Below, piece by piece: positions 9,630 to 23,500 of a stretch of DNA of 64,000 nt. The notes under the pieces were generated by a model. It saw nothing but the letters and a program-made list of their open reading frames with translations. It did not search any database and had not been told where the DNA came from. The position numbers and the translations under genes were made by a program. Position 1 is the first letter of the stretch, and every line of letters starts with the position of its first letter. The DNA lies in contig NC_091284.1 of assembly GCF_032444005.1 (NCBI RefSeq), forward strand, positions 37,510,001 through 37,574,000. The letters are read 5' to 3'. The stretch is from Ranitomeya imitator (Eukaryota).

Positions 9630-12600
9630 GTTTGAACCTCTCTAACCTTATACCCATTCACCCAGCCCCCTCTTCTCCAGTCCCACTAACAGGAGCTCTG
9701 TGGAACGCTCGCTCTGTCTGCAACAAGCTTTCCTACATCCATGATCTTTTGTTACTACCAAACTTTCCTTCCTCGCCATCACCGAAACCTGGCTCACCCC
9801 TTCTGACACAGCCTCTCCTGCTGCACTTTCGTATGGTGGCTCCCACCTTTCTCACACACCCCGCCCCAGCAGCAAACATGGCAGAGGAGTTGGTTTTCTC
9901 CTGTCAGATACCTGCTCCTTCACCCCAATCCCACTGCCACCCTCTGTTACCCTCCCTTCCTTTGAGGTGCACTCTGTGCACATCTACTCCCCCTCCAACC
10001 TCCAACTGGCTGTCATCTACCGCCCCCCAGGGCCAGCCACCACCTTCTTTGACCACTTCACCACCCGGCTACTTCATTTCCTTTCTGCGGACATCCCTAC
10101 TATCATCATGGATGACTTCAACATCCCTATTGACACTTCCCTCTCAGCTGCCACTAAACTTCTATCTCTCACTTCCTCCTTCGGCCTCACTCATTGGTCT
10201 TCTACAGCCACCCACAAAGATGGCCACACACTGGACCTCATCTTCACCCGCCTCTGCTCCCTATCTAACCTCTCTAACTCACCTCTTCCTCTCTCTGACC
10301 ACAACCTTCTCACATTCTCTTCCCTCTCCACTCCAAGTCTACAATCCCCACCCCACAAACTCTCACACCCTCGCAGAAATCTTAAACACCTTGACCTACA
10401 CTCATTCTCTGAATCCCTCCTCCCTCTCACAGATATAAGTTTGACGCTGCCGCTCTATATAACACCACAATAGCTGCAGCTTTGGAATCTGCTGCCCCTC
10501 TCACACATACCAAAGTTCGCACAATCAACAGACAGCCCTGGCACACCAGCCTGACCAAAGAACTGAGGTGAGCTTCCAGGGCTGCTGAGCGCAGATGGAA
10601 AAGATCCCACTCCAATGAGCACTTCATCGCATTCAAACAGTCCCTCACTACTTTCAAGACCACACTCGCCACAGCAAAACAAACCTACTTCTCATCTCTC
10701 ATATCCTCCCTGTCTCACAACCCTAAACAGTTATTCAACACCTTCAATTCTCTCCTCCGTCCCCAGCACCTCCTCCCTCCCCACTCATCTCAGCTGAAGA
10801 CTTTGCCTCATTTTTCAAGCAGAAGGTTGATAACATCAGAGACAGTTTTGGTCAACAACCCCCAGAGCCCTTCCTCCCGACTTCCCAGCCCTCCACCTCC
10901 AAAACCAACTTCTCCACCATTACAGAAGATCGACTCTCCACTCTACTCTCAAGATCACATCTCAACACCTGAGCACTTGACCCAATCCCATCCCACTTCA
11001 TCCCAAACCTCACCACAGTCTTCATCCCAACTCTAACCCATCTCTTCAACCTATCACTAACAACTGCTGTTTTCCCCTCAAGCTTTAAACATACCTCCAT
11101 CACACCTATCCTCAAAAAGCCCTCTCTTGACCCATCCTCTGTATCTAGCTATCGCCCTATATCACTTCTCCCCTATGCCTCCAAGCTACTGGAACAACAC
11201 GTCTACCTTGAACTGTCCTCCCATCTCTCTTCTTGCTCTTTCTTTGACCGCTTACAATCTGGCTTCCGGTGACATCACTCCACTGAAACTGCCCTTACTA
11301 AGGTCACTGTCATGATCCCAATGGCAGGGGATCACAAAAGGACAAGCACAAAAACAAAACAAGCTCTAGGGTGATGGAACCTGAGCTGACCGCGATCCTG
11401 AACCTAAACACACAACTAGCAGTAGCTGGGGAACGTGCCTACGATGATTCCTAGACATCTCGCGCCAGCCGAAGGATTAACTTCCCCTATAAGAAGAAAC
11501 ACAGACCTCACTTGCCTCCAGAGAAACACCCCACAGAAATAGCAGCCCCCCACATGTAATAACGGTGAAATGAGAGGAAAGCACATACGTAGTTATGAAA
11601 ATAGAATCAGCAAAAATGAGGCCCGCTAAAGCTAGATAGCAGAGGATACAAAAGTGAACTGCGCGGTCAGCGAAAAACCCTTCAAAAAACCATCCTGAAA
11701 TTACTTGAACTCATGTGCCAACTCATGGAACATGAGGAGTAATTTCAGCCCACTAGAGCAACCAGCAGCAAGGAATCACATCTCTGCAAGCTGGACTAAG
11801 ACAAAAATTAAACAAAACGTGGAACAGGAAAATCAAAACTTAGCTTGTCCTGAAGATAACAGACGCAGGGAGCAGAGGTAAAAAGACACGCTGATTACAT
11901 TGATAGCCGGCGAGGAAATGACAAAAAAGCCAGGTTAAATAGGAAACTCCCATAACCTGATGGAACAGGTGGACACCAGAGACCGCAGAGAACACAAGTC
12001 ACCCAGTACCATCAGTAACCACCAGAGGGAGCCCAAAAACAGAACTCACAACAGGTCACCAATGACCTCTCAACCGCCAAGAGCAAGCGACACTACTCTG
12101 TCCTCCTCCTCCTGGACCTGTTGGCTGCCTTTGACACAGTTGACCATTCCCTATTATTACAGACCCTCTCATCCCTTGGCATCACATACTTGGCCCTATC
12201 CTGGATCTCATCATACCTAACAGACCGGACATTCAGCGTCTCCCACTCACACACCACCTCCTCACCTCGCCTCCTATCTGTCGGAGTCCCACAAGGTTCA
12301 GTCCTTGGGCCCCTGCTCTTCTCCATTTACACCTTTGGCCTGGGACAGCTCATAGAATCTCATGGCTTTCAGTATCATCTCTATGCTGATGACACACAGA
12401 TCTACATCTCTGGACCAGATATCACCTCCCTACTAACCAGAATCCCTCAATGTCTGTCCACTATTTCATCCTTCTTCTCTGCTAGATTTCTGAAACTTAA
12501 CATGGACAAAACAGAATTCATCATCTTTCCCCCATCTCACGTGACCCCCCCAACAAATCTATCCATTACAGTAAATGGCTGCCCACTCTCCCCAGTCCCA

Positions 12601-13443
12601 CAAGCTCGCTGCCTCGGGGTAATCCTTGACGCTGATCTCTCCTTCATACAACATATCCAAGCCCTTTCCACTTGCTGCCGACTTCAACTCAAAAATATTT
12701 CATGAATCCGTTCATTCCTCAACTAAGAATCTGCAAAAACCCTAGTCCATGCCCTCATCATCTCTCGCCTTGACTACTGCAACCTCCTGCTCTGTGGCCT
12801 CCCCTCTAACACTCTTGCACCCCTCCAATTTATTCTAAACTCTGCTGCCCGACTAATCCACCTGTCCCCCCGCTATTCCCCGGCCTCTCCTCTGTCAATC
12901 CCTTCACTGGCTCCCCATTGCCCAGAGACTCCAGTACAAAACCCTAACTATGACATACAAAGCCATCCACAACCTGTCCCCTCCATACATCTGTGACCTC
13001 GTCTCCCGGTACTTTCCTGCACGCAACCTCCAATCCTCACAAGATCTCCTTCACTATTCCCCTCTTCCCACAATTGTATACAAGATTTCTCTCGCACATC
13101 ACCCCTACTCTGGAACTCTCTACCACAACATATCAGACTCTCACCTACCATCGAAACCTTCAAAAAGAGCCTGAAGACCCACCTCTTCCGGCAAGCCTAT
13201 AACCTGCAGTAATCACTGATCGACCAAACCGCTGCATGACCAGCTCTACCCTCGCCTACTGTATTCTCACTCATCCCTTGTAGATTGTGAGCCTTCGCGG
13301 GCAGGGTCCTCTCTCCTCCTGTACCAGTTATGACTTGTATTGTTTAAGATTATTGTACTTGTTTATATTATGTATACCCCTCCTCACATGTAAAGCGCCA
13401 TGGAATAAATGGCGCTAGAACAATAAATAATAATAATAATAAT
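9630..13443 (+). mobile_element. L2 LINE, 5'-truncated, frameshifted APE + RT
   Basis: APE motifs (ALWNARSVCNKL, DFNIPID, HTLDLIF, LSDHNL) and RT motifs ([25 protein letters not shown]). 3' stem-loop AGCGCCAT-ggaataa-ATGGCGCT at 13394-13416 and an (AAT)n tail. Confidence 0.95.
11308..12053. mobile_element. Solo LTR (746 bp) inserted in the L2
   Basis: TG...CA ends with a 6-bp TSD GGTCAC at 11302-11307 and 12054-12059. The L2 rejoins as ACTAAGGTCACCAATGAC. Confidence 0.88.
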
Positions 13444-14049
13444 ATAACATTACTTTCTGTGGGCAACAAAACTTTTGTCTTGCCAAAATCTGACCATTCT
13501 GTGTCCATTAAATGATCAATATTTCTGCATTGATGCCAATTTATTTTCTCAACCTAAACCACATTTCGGAGGGTTTCAGCTTTCAAAAGAATAATTTATA
13601 CAACCAATGGATGAATTTAACGTCAGGTTATAAGCTTTTATTTACATAACATGGATAAGCGACATAACTTCTGTCAGGGAGTGTAGGCTGGCTCAAGTGG
13701 CAGAGCACTTCCTGAGTATTCAGGATGTTGTGTGTGATCGCCGCTTCCATGTTCCTTGACTGCTACTGATTTGTCACAAGACGAATCTAGCTCTGTAATA
13801 CTGCTGGGCAATACTGCTGGGCTGTAGTGTAGATCTTCCAAAGCAAGTCTCCTAACAAACTAAAATCTTACGTTCTGCATACTCGGCTCTGCTGTTCCAA
13901 GGTGCCTGTTTGCATACTCAACTATATTTTTCTAAGGTGCCTTTCATCATACTGGACTGTACTGCTCCAAGGTGCCAGTCCTCACACTTGTCTCTGCTCA
14001 TGCAAGGTGTCGGGCTGCATTCTCTGCTCAGTTATTTCTTGTTCCAAGG

Positions 14050-14960
14050 GTGTAGTCCAGCTAATATAGTCCCGTTATTCCACGTTGCTTCAGGTGCTAT
14101 CCAGCCTATCCAGGTTTGTTAAGGTACCGTCACACTAGACGATATCGCTAGCGATCCGTGACGTTGCAGCGTCTTGGCTAGCGATATCGTCCAGTGTGAC
14201 AGGCAGCAGCGATCAGGCCCCTGCTGTGATATCGCTGGTCGGGGCAGAAAGTCCAGAACTTTGTTTCGTCGCTGGACTCCCCGCAGACATCGCTGAATCG
14301 GCGTGTGTGACGCCGATTCAGCGATGTCTTAGCTGGTAACCAGGGTAAACATCGGGTTACTAAGCGCAGGGCCGCGCTTAGTAACCCGATGTTTACCCTG
14401 GTTACCATCGTTAAAGTAAAAAAAACAAACGCTACATACTTACCTACCGCTGTCTGTCCTCGGCGCTCTGCTTCTTTGCTCTGGCTGTGAGCGCCGGGCA
14501 GCCGGAAAGCACAGCGGTGACGTCACAGCTCTGCTTTCCGGCCGCTGTGCTCACAGCCAGAGCAGAGAAGCAGAGCGCCGAGGACAGACAGCGGTAGGTA
14601 AGTATGTAGCGTTTGTTTTTTTTACTTTAACGATGGTAACCAGGGTAAACATCGGGTTACTAAGCGCGGCCCTGCACTTAGTAACCCGATGTTTACCCTG
14701 GTTCCCGGCACTGTTGGTCGCTGGAGAGCGATCTGTGTGACAGCTCTCCAGCGACCAAACAGCGACGCTGCAGCGATCCGGATCGTTGTCGGTATCGCTG
14801 CAGCGTCGCTTAGTGTGACGGTACCTTAAGTCCACATTGCTTCAGGTGCTGTCCAGCCTATCCAGGTCTATTAGTCTGCATTGCTTCAGGTGCTGTCCAG
14901 TCTATCCAGGTGTGTTAGTCCACATTGCTTCAGCTTCTGTCCAGCCTGTCCATTTCTGCT
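14050..14960. repeat. ~44-bp tandem repeat (GTCCACATTGCTTCAGGTGCTGTCCAGCCTATCCAGG..) split by a MITE
   Basis: Units lie before 14119 and continue from 14830. Confidence 0.75.
14123..14825. mobile_element. Multi-hairpin palindromic MITE
   Basis: TTAA|GGTACCGTCACACTA ... TAGTGTGACGGTACC|TTAA, with nested internal inverted repeats centred on GTGACGTCAC. The TIR looks Harbinger-like, but the TSD is ambiguous (TTAA or TA). Confidence 0.88.
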
Positions 14961-15888
14961 ATTCCATGTTGCTTGAGGAGCCATCCAACATAACATGCTT
15001 GGCTGTTTTCTGCTGCTACAACGCCTCCAGTCCGTGCTGCTCTTCCAATGGCTTAGAAACTTCACCTCACATTTTGAACCATAAAAAAATCAAGTAATTT
15101 AAGGTGTAGTAGGTTTGTATCATCAGATATAGATGGTCAATAAAAACTAGTTCTCCGAAAAGAGTGTTGGGGAAACTAACCCGCTCATCTTCTCTTTTTG
15201 TCTCAGATTAGGGATGTGTTGGTGTAATCCAGGGCCATGAATGGAGCTCAGTTTTTTTTTTACAGTGAAGCCCACCTCTACTAATGACCATTGTTCTGGT
15301 TAACTAAGGTAACGAAGAAACGTTTATTGTCTAGGAACGTCCATGAATCCATTTCTTGGTCAAATACGAGACCAGAAGATCACAAGAAACTACAATAATA
15401 ATTTGGCCTACTCACCATTGACGATCCAAAATGAGGGCATTGTACTTACTATGAAAAGCCCGATGTAAAGGATTTTTACTGATGATTAAGCCCTAAAGCT
15501 GCTCGATAAACATTACGTTGAAGGACGGCAGATCCCATGATACATAATATACTTTGATGTGTACAGATAAAGAACTTGCCTTTCATGGTGGATTTACTAT
15601 CTTAAAATTCCTATGATTTTGTTTTTTTGAATGGATCTTCTGCTTTTATTTACTACTGTGTCTTCTATGGAGCATTGAGTAGATGCATCTTCTAATCCTT
15701 CCCTGAAGATAGATATGGATTAGTATATTATGAGTAACCACATCTGTAATGATGGAACAATGCCTCTCGCCAGACGTACGGAGTAAAGCTCTCACAATGA
15801 GGACTGCTTCATCACCGACGTGACACCTCTAACATTGGACCATCGTTTTCCCATAAGTTCTACCAAGACTAGTCAGTTATGAATTTAA

Positions 15889-16657
15889 GGCTGTGAGCAC
15901 ACGTTCCAGATTTTTCAATTTTTTTTATAGGAAAAAAAGTGATAAAACCGTGAAAAAAAACCACACCCATTAAGCACCCTATTAATAGAATGCAATGCGA
16001 AATTGTTGTGCACATGTTGCGTTTTCTTCTGCGAAAAAAACGCATCGCGGTAAAAAACGCAGCATGTTCATTAATTCTTCGGATTTTTCGTGTTTTTGGC
16101 GCTATATATTGCATTGGGGAAGCTCCGGAATAAAACGCGAAAAATCTGCCAAAAAATTAAAAAAACGCTGATAGAAACACACTAAGGGTATGTGCACACG
16201 TCAGGATTTTTTCCTGACAAAATCCTGAGAATTCTGCCAGAAATCCGCGTTTTTTTTTTGCTCGGATTTCTCGCGGAATTTGCACGTTTTTTGCGCGGAT
16301 TTTGCGCGGATTTTTTGCGGATTTTTTTTTTCCGGAATGTCCTTTTGGCTTAGAAATCCGCAAAAAATCCGCAAAAAGATAGAGCATGTCCGGATTTTTT
16401 GCGGGATGCGTTTTTTTTGCGGAAAAAAACGCATACATCTGCACAAAAAATGCAGAATGCATTCTAAATGATAGGATGCATAATTTTAGCGTTTTTTATG
16501 CGGATTTATAGCGTTTTTATAGCGAAATTCCGCAAAAAAAAACGCTAAAAATCCTAACATGTGCACATACCCTAAAAACGCATGCAGATTTCCTGCGGAA
16601 AAAGTCCGGTTTGGGTCAGGAAATTTCTGCAAAGATTCCTGACGTGTGCACATAGCC
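15889..16657. mobile_element. PIF/Harbinger-type MITE (host of a nested MITE)
   Basis: TAA|GGCTGTGAGCACACGT ... ACGTGTGCACATAGCC|TAA. Confidence 0.85.
16186..16572. mobile_element. PIF/Harbinger-type MITE nested in a related MITE
   Basis: TAA|GGGTATGTGCACA ... TGTGCACATACCC|TAA. Confidence 0.88.
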
Positions 16658-17501
16658 TAAAAGGTACTATCAGAAAATGAGAAAAGATTTAATGCAAGTT
16701 TATTTTTACTTTAATTAAATATGATTTACTATGATTTTTACTATTTCTGGCTTAGTTTACACCGAACCTGTTGGTCATTTTTTTTTTTGTATTTTCAGGC
16801 ATTTTTTTTTTTTTACTCCTCCTTAGACTCAAAACTGTCTAAAAAGACTCTTAAAGGGAATATGAAATCAGAAAAAAAAATAGTGTTCAAATCAGGTTTT
16901 TATGTTAACTGTATTTTTAACAATTTTTTAAAACTTCTTTTATAATTTGTATTTTTTATGTCACGATAAGTGTTAAAAAAACAAAGAAAAAAAAAAGAAT
17001 TGAAGTCTTGCAGTTTCTGGTCGCTGGGGCTGTTTGTTTTAGATTCTCACTTCCTGTTATTTCAGGTAATGCACATGTACATTAGCAGCAATAGACTGAC
17101 TCAGACCCTTTCTTGTGTATAGGTAATTTTTTGATGGTAGCTTCCCTTTAATATGATTCTGATTTGTTAAAAAGGATTGTCTAATACTATTAATAGGCTA
17201 TCCTTAGGATAGGCCAGCAATATCTGATTGGTGGGGGTCTGACACTCACCATCCCCACCAGTCAGCTGTTTGCTGGATGTACAAAGTGCACTGAGCCAGA
17301 CCAACACAGCGCCATACACTGTGTAGTGGCCATTCCTGGGTACTGCAGCTCCACTCCCATTCATTTAGGTGAGCTGCAGTAACTGAAATCGACCACTACA
17401 CAGTGAATGGCGCGGTGCTGTTCCAGCTCTGTACACTGCGGACTCCTCAAACAGCTGATCGGTGGCAGTGCTGGTTTTCGGACTTTGATGACCTGGATAT
17501 T

Positions 17502-20500
17502 CAGTTGCATAACGATAGCGGTCGCAGAGGGTGCGACCATGACCGGGCCAGTGTGGGATGGGGACCTCCGACACCAGTAGCTATTTCAGCGCTTGATATG
17601 TGTGAGAGGACGCACATTCAACTGATATGCATTGAGGTGCAGAGATCTCCCAGTCCCTGCACTGCCAATCAGGGGCGTGTAAGTCACCCCGTCACATGCA
17701 TCGGGGGCATACTGTATATTACCAGAAGGGGCCCAGGATAGGGGGACATTATACCAGGATGGGAGACATATTCTACTGGAAGGAGCCCTGGATGGGGGAC
17801 ATTATACCAGGATGGGGGGCATATATTGGTGGAGAGGGCTCATAATGGGGAGCATTATACCAGGATGGGGGACATTATACCAGGATGGGAGACATATTCT
17901 ACTAGATGGGGCCCTGGATGGGGACATTATACCAGGATGGGGGGCATATTGTACTGGAAAGGGCCCTGGATGGGGGACATTATACCAGGATGGGGGCATA
18001 TTCTACTGGAAGGAGCCCTGGATGGGGGACATTATACCAGGATGGGGGGCATATATTGGTGGAGAGGGCTCATAATGGGGAGCATTATACCAGGATGGGG
18101 GACATTATACCAGGATGGGAGACATATTCTACTAGATGGGGCCCTGGATGGGGACATTATACCAGGATGGGGGGCATATTGTACTGGAAAGGGCCCTGGA
18201 TGGGGGACATTATACCAGGATGGGGGCATATATTGGTGGAGAGGGCTCATAATGGGGAGCATTATACCAGGATGGGGGACATTATACCAGGATGGGAGAC
18301 ATATTCTACTGGAAGGAGCCCTGGATGGGGGACATTATACCAGGATGGGGGGCATATATTGGTGGAGAGGGCTCATAATGGGGAGCATTATACCAGGATG
18401 GGGGACATTATACCAGGATGGGAGACATATTCTACAAGAAGGGGCCCTGGATGGGGACATTATACCAGGATGGGGGGCATATTGTACTGGAAAGGGCCCT
18501 GGATGGGGGACATTATACCAGGATGGGGGCATATATTGGTGGAGAGGGCTCATAATGGGGAGCATTATACCAGGATTGGGGACATTATACCAGGATGGGA
18601 GACATATTCTACTGGAAGGAGCCCTGGATGGGGGACATTATACCAGGATGGGGGGCATATATTGGTGGAGAGGGCTCATAATGGGGAGCATTATACCAGG
18701 ATGGGGGACATTATACCAGGATGGGAGACATATTCTACAAGAAGGGGCCCTGGATGGGGACATTATACCAGGATGGGGGGCATATTGTACTGGAAGGGGC
18801 CCTGGATGGGGGACATTATACCAGGATGGGGGGCATATATTGGTGGAGAGGGCTCATAATGGGGAGCATTATACCAGGATGGGGGACATTATACCAGGAT
18901 GGGAGACATATTCTACTAGATGGGGCCCTGGATGGGGACATTATACCAGGATGGGGGGCATATTGTACTGGAAGGGGCCCTGGATGGGGGGCATTATACC
19001 AGGATGGGGGCATATATTGGTGGAGAGGGCTCATAATGGGGAGCATTATACCAGGATGGGGGACATTATACCAGGATGGGAGACATATTCTACTGGAAGG
19101 AGCCCTGGATGGGGGACATTATACCAGGATGGGGGGCATATATTGGTGGAGAGGGCTCATAATGGGGAGCATTATACCAGGATGGGGGACATTATACCAG
19201 GATGGGAGACATATTCTACTGGAAGGAGCCCTGGATGGGGGACATTATACCAGGATGGGGGGCATATATTGGTGGAGAGGGCTCATAATGGGGAGCATTA
19301 TACCAGGATGGGGGACATTATACCAGGATGGGAGGCATATTGTACTGGAAGGGGCCCTGGATGGGGGACATTATACCAGGATGGGGGGCATATATTGGTG
19401 GAGAGAGCTCATAATGGGGAGCATTATACCAGGATGGGGGACATTATACCAGGATGGGAGACATATTCTACTAGAAGGGGCCCTGGATGGGGACATTATA
19501 CCAGGATGGGGGGCATATTGTACTGGAAGGGGCCCTGGATGGGGGACATTATACCAGGATGGGGGGCATATTGTACTGGAAGGGGCCCTGGATGGGGGAC
19601 ATTATACCAGGATGGGGGCATATTGTACTGGAAGGGGCCCTGGATGGGGGACATTATACCAGGATGGGGGGCATATATTGGTGGAGAGAGCTCATAATGG
19701 GGAGCATTATACCAGGATGGGGGACATTATACCAGGATGGGAGACATATTCTATTGGAAGGAGCCCTGGATGGGGGACATTATACCAGGATGGAGGGCAT
19801 ATTGTACTGGAAGGGGCCCTGGATGGGGGACATTATACCAGGATGGGGGCATATATTGGTGGAGAGGGCTCATAATGGGGAGCATTATACCAGGATGGGG
19901 GACATTATACCAGGAGGGGAGACATATTCTACTGGAAGGAGCCCTGGATGGGGGACATTATACCAGGATGGGGGGCATATATTGGTGGAGAGGGCTCATA
20001 ATGGGGAGCATTTTACCAGGATGGGGGACATTATACCAGGATGGGAGACATATTCTACAAGAAGGGGCCCTGGATGGGGACATTATACCAGGATGGGGGG
20101 CATATTGTACTGGAAAGGGCCCTGGATGGGGGACATTATACCAGGATGGGGGCATATATTGGTGGAGAGGGCTCATAATGGGGAGCATTATACCAGGATG
20201 GGGGACATTATACCAGGATGGGAGACATATTCTACTGGAAGGAGCCCTGGATGGGGGACATTATACCAGGATGGGGGGCATATATTGGTGGAGAGGGCTC
20301 ATAATGGGGAGCATTATACCAGGATGGGGGACATTATACCAGGATGGGAGACATATTCTACAAGAAGGGGCCCTGGATGGGGACATTATACCAGGATGGG
20401 GGGCATATTGTACTGGAAGGGGCCCTGGATGGGGGACATTATACCAGGATGGGGGGCATATATTGGTGGAGAGGGCTCATAATGGGGAGCATTATACCAG

Positions 20501-23500
20501 GATGGGGGACATTATACCAGGATGGGAGACATATTCTACTAGATGGGGCCCTGGATGGGGACATTATACCAGGATGGGGGGCATATTGTACTGGAAGGGG
20601 CCCTGGATGGGGGGCATTATACCAGGATGGGGGCATATATTGGTGGAGAGGGCTCATAATGGGGAGCATTATACCAGGATGGGGGACATTATACCAGGAT
20701 GGGAGACATATTCTACTGGAAGGAGCCCTGGATGGGGGACATTATACCAGGATGGGGGGCATATATTGGTGGAGAGGGCTCATAATGGGGAGCATTATAC
20801 CAGGATGGGGGACATTATACCAGGATGGGAGACATATTCTACTGGAAGGAGCCCTGGATGGGGGACATTATACCAGGATGGGGGGCATATATTGGTGGAG
20901 AGGGCTCATAATGGGGAGCATTATACCAGGATGGGGGACATTATACCAGGATGGGAGACATATTCTACTGGAAGGAGCCCTGGATGGGGGACATTATACC
21001 AGGATGGGGGGCATATATTGGTGGAGAGGGCTCATAATGGGGAGCATTATACCAGGATGGGGGACATTATACCAGGATGGGAGACATATTCTACTAGAAG
21101 GGGCCCTGGATGGGGACATTATACCAGGATGGGGGGCATATTGTACTGGAAGGGGCCCTGGATGGGGGACATTATACCAGGATGGGGGGCATATTGTACT
21201 GGAAGGGGCCCTGGATGGGGGACATTATACCAGGATGGGGGCATATTGTACTGGAAGGGGCCCTGGATGGGGGACATTATACCAGGATGGGGGGCATATA
21301 TTGGTGGAGAGAGCTCATAATGGGGAGCATTATACCAGGATGGGGGACATTATACCAGGATGGGAGACATATTCTATTGGAAGGAGCCCTGGATGGGGGA
21401 CATTATACCAGGATGGAGGGCATATTGTACTGGAAGGGGCCCTGGATGGGGGACATTATACCAGGATGGGGGCATATATTGGTGGAGAGGGCTCATAATG
21501 GGGAGCATTATACCAGGATGGGGGACATTATACCAGGAGGGGAGACATATTCTACTGGAAGGAGCCCTGGATGGGGGACATTATACCAGGATGGGGGGCA
21601 TATATTGGTGGAGAGGGCTCATAATGGGGAGCATTTTACCAGGATGGGGGACATTATACCAGGATGGGAGACATATTCTACTAGATGGGGCCCTGGATGG
21701 GGACATTATACCAGGATGGGGGGCATATTGTACTGGAAAGGGCCCTGGATGGGGGACATTATACCAGGATGGGGGCATATATTGGTGGAGAGGGCTCATA
21801 ATGGGGAGCATTATACCAGGATGGGGGACATTATACCAGGATGGGAGACATATTCTACTGGAAGGAGCCCTGGATGGGGGACATTATACCAGGATGGGGG
21901 GCATATATTGGTGGAGAGGGCTCATAATGGGGAGCATTATACCAGGATGGGGGACATTATACCAGGATGGGAGACATATTCTACTAGATGGGGCCCTGGA
22001 TGGGGACATTATACCAGGATGGGGGGCATATTGTACTGGAAGGGGCCCTGGATGGGGGACATTATACCAGGATGAGGGCATATATTGGTGGAGAGGGCTC
22101 ATAATGGGGAGCATTATACCAGGATGGGAGACATTATACCAGGATGGGAGACATATTCTACTGGAAGGAGCCCTGGATGGGGGACATTATACCAGGATGG
22201 GGGGCATATATTGGTGGAGAGGGCTCATAATGGGGAGCATTATACCAGGATGGGGGACATTATACCAGGATGGGAGACATATTCTACTAGAAGGGGCCCT
22301 GGATGGGGACATTATACCAGGATGGGGGCATATTGTACTGGAAGGGGCCCTGGATGGGGGACATTATACCAGGATGAAGGGCATATATTGGTGGAGAGGG
22401 CTCATAATGGGGAGCATTATACCAGGATGGGAGACATTATACCAGGATGGGAGACATATTCTACTGGAAGGAGCCCTGGATGGGGGACATTATACCAGGA
22501 TGGGGGGCATATATTGGTGGAGAGGGCTCATAATGGGGAGCATTATACCAGGATGGGGGACATTATACCAGGATGGGAGACATATTCTACTAGAAGGGGC
22601 CCTGGATGGGGACATTATACCAGGATGGGGGCATATTGTACTGGAAGGGGCCCTGGATGGGGGACATTATACCAGGATGAAGGGCATATATTGGTGGAGA
22701 GGGCTCATAATGGGGAGCATTATACCAGAATGGGGGACATTATACCAGGATGGGAGACATATTCTACTAGATGGGGCCCTGGATGGGGACATTATACCAG
22801 GATGGGGGCATATTGTACTGGAAGGGGCCCTGGATGGGGGACATTATACCAGGATGGGGGCATATATTGGTGGAGAGGGCTCATAATGGGGAGCATTATA
22901 CCAGGATGGGGGACATTATACCAGGATGGGAGACATATTCTACTGGAAGGAGCCCTGGATGGGGGACATTATACCAGGATGGGGGGCATATATTGGTGGA
23001 GAGGGCTCATAATGGGGAGCATTATACCAGGATGGGGGACATTATACCAGGATGGGAGACATATTCTACTAGAAGGGGCCCTGGATGGGGACATTCTACC
23101 AGGATGGGGGGCATATTGTACTGGAAGGGGCCCTGGATGGGGGACATTATACCAGGATGGGGGGTATATTGTACTGGAAGGGGCCCTGGATGGGGGACAT
23201 TATACCAGGATGGGGGGCATATTGTACTGGAAGGGGCCCTGGATGGGGGACATTATACCAGGATGGGGGGCATATATTGGTGGAGAGAGCTCATAATGGG
23301 GAGCATTATACCAGGATGGGGGACATTATACCAGGATGGGAGACATATTCTACTGGAAGGAGCCCTGGATGGGGGACATTATACCACGATGGGGGGCATA
23401 TTGTACTGGAAGGGGCCCTGGATGGGGGACATTATACCAGGATGGGGGGCATATAATGGTGGAGAGGGCTCATAATGGGGAGCATTATACCAGGATGGGG

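Larger units (their letters stand above)
9104..13683 (+). mobile_element. 5'-deleted Tc1-family DD35E (Traveler-type) transposon interrupted by an L2
   Basis: Transposase C-terminus at 9150-9554 with QQD(9258-9260)-35 aa-E(9366-9368). The right end resumes after the L2 and ends CTGTCAGGGAGTG|TA at 13683. Confidence 0.75.

Noticed and set aside
15300-15870. Non-repetitive-looking stretch with splice-donor-like motifs on the minus strand
   Set aside because: All frames tested hit stops quickly, and no coherent exon could be defined.
17166-17500. Degenerate T2-type MITE (similar remnants at about 30860-31020 and 62541-62790)
   Set aside because: Only one plausible terminus each and no TSD pair, so boundaries are unsupported.
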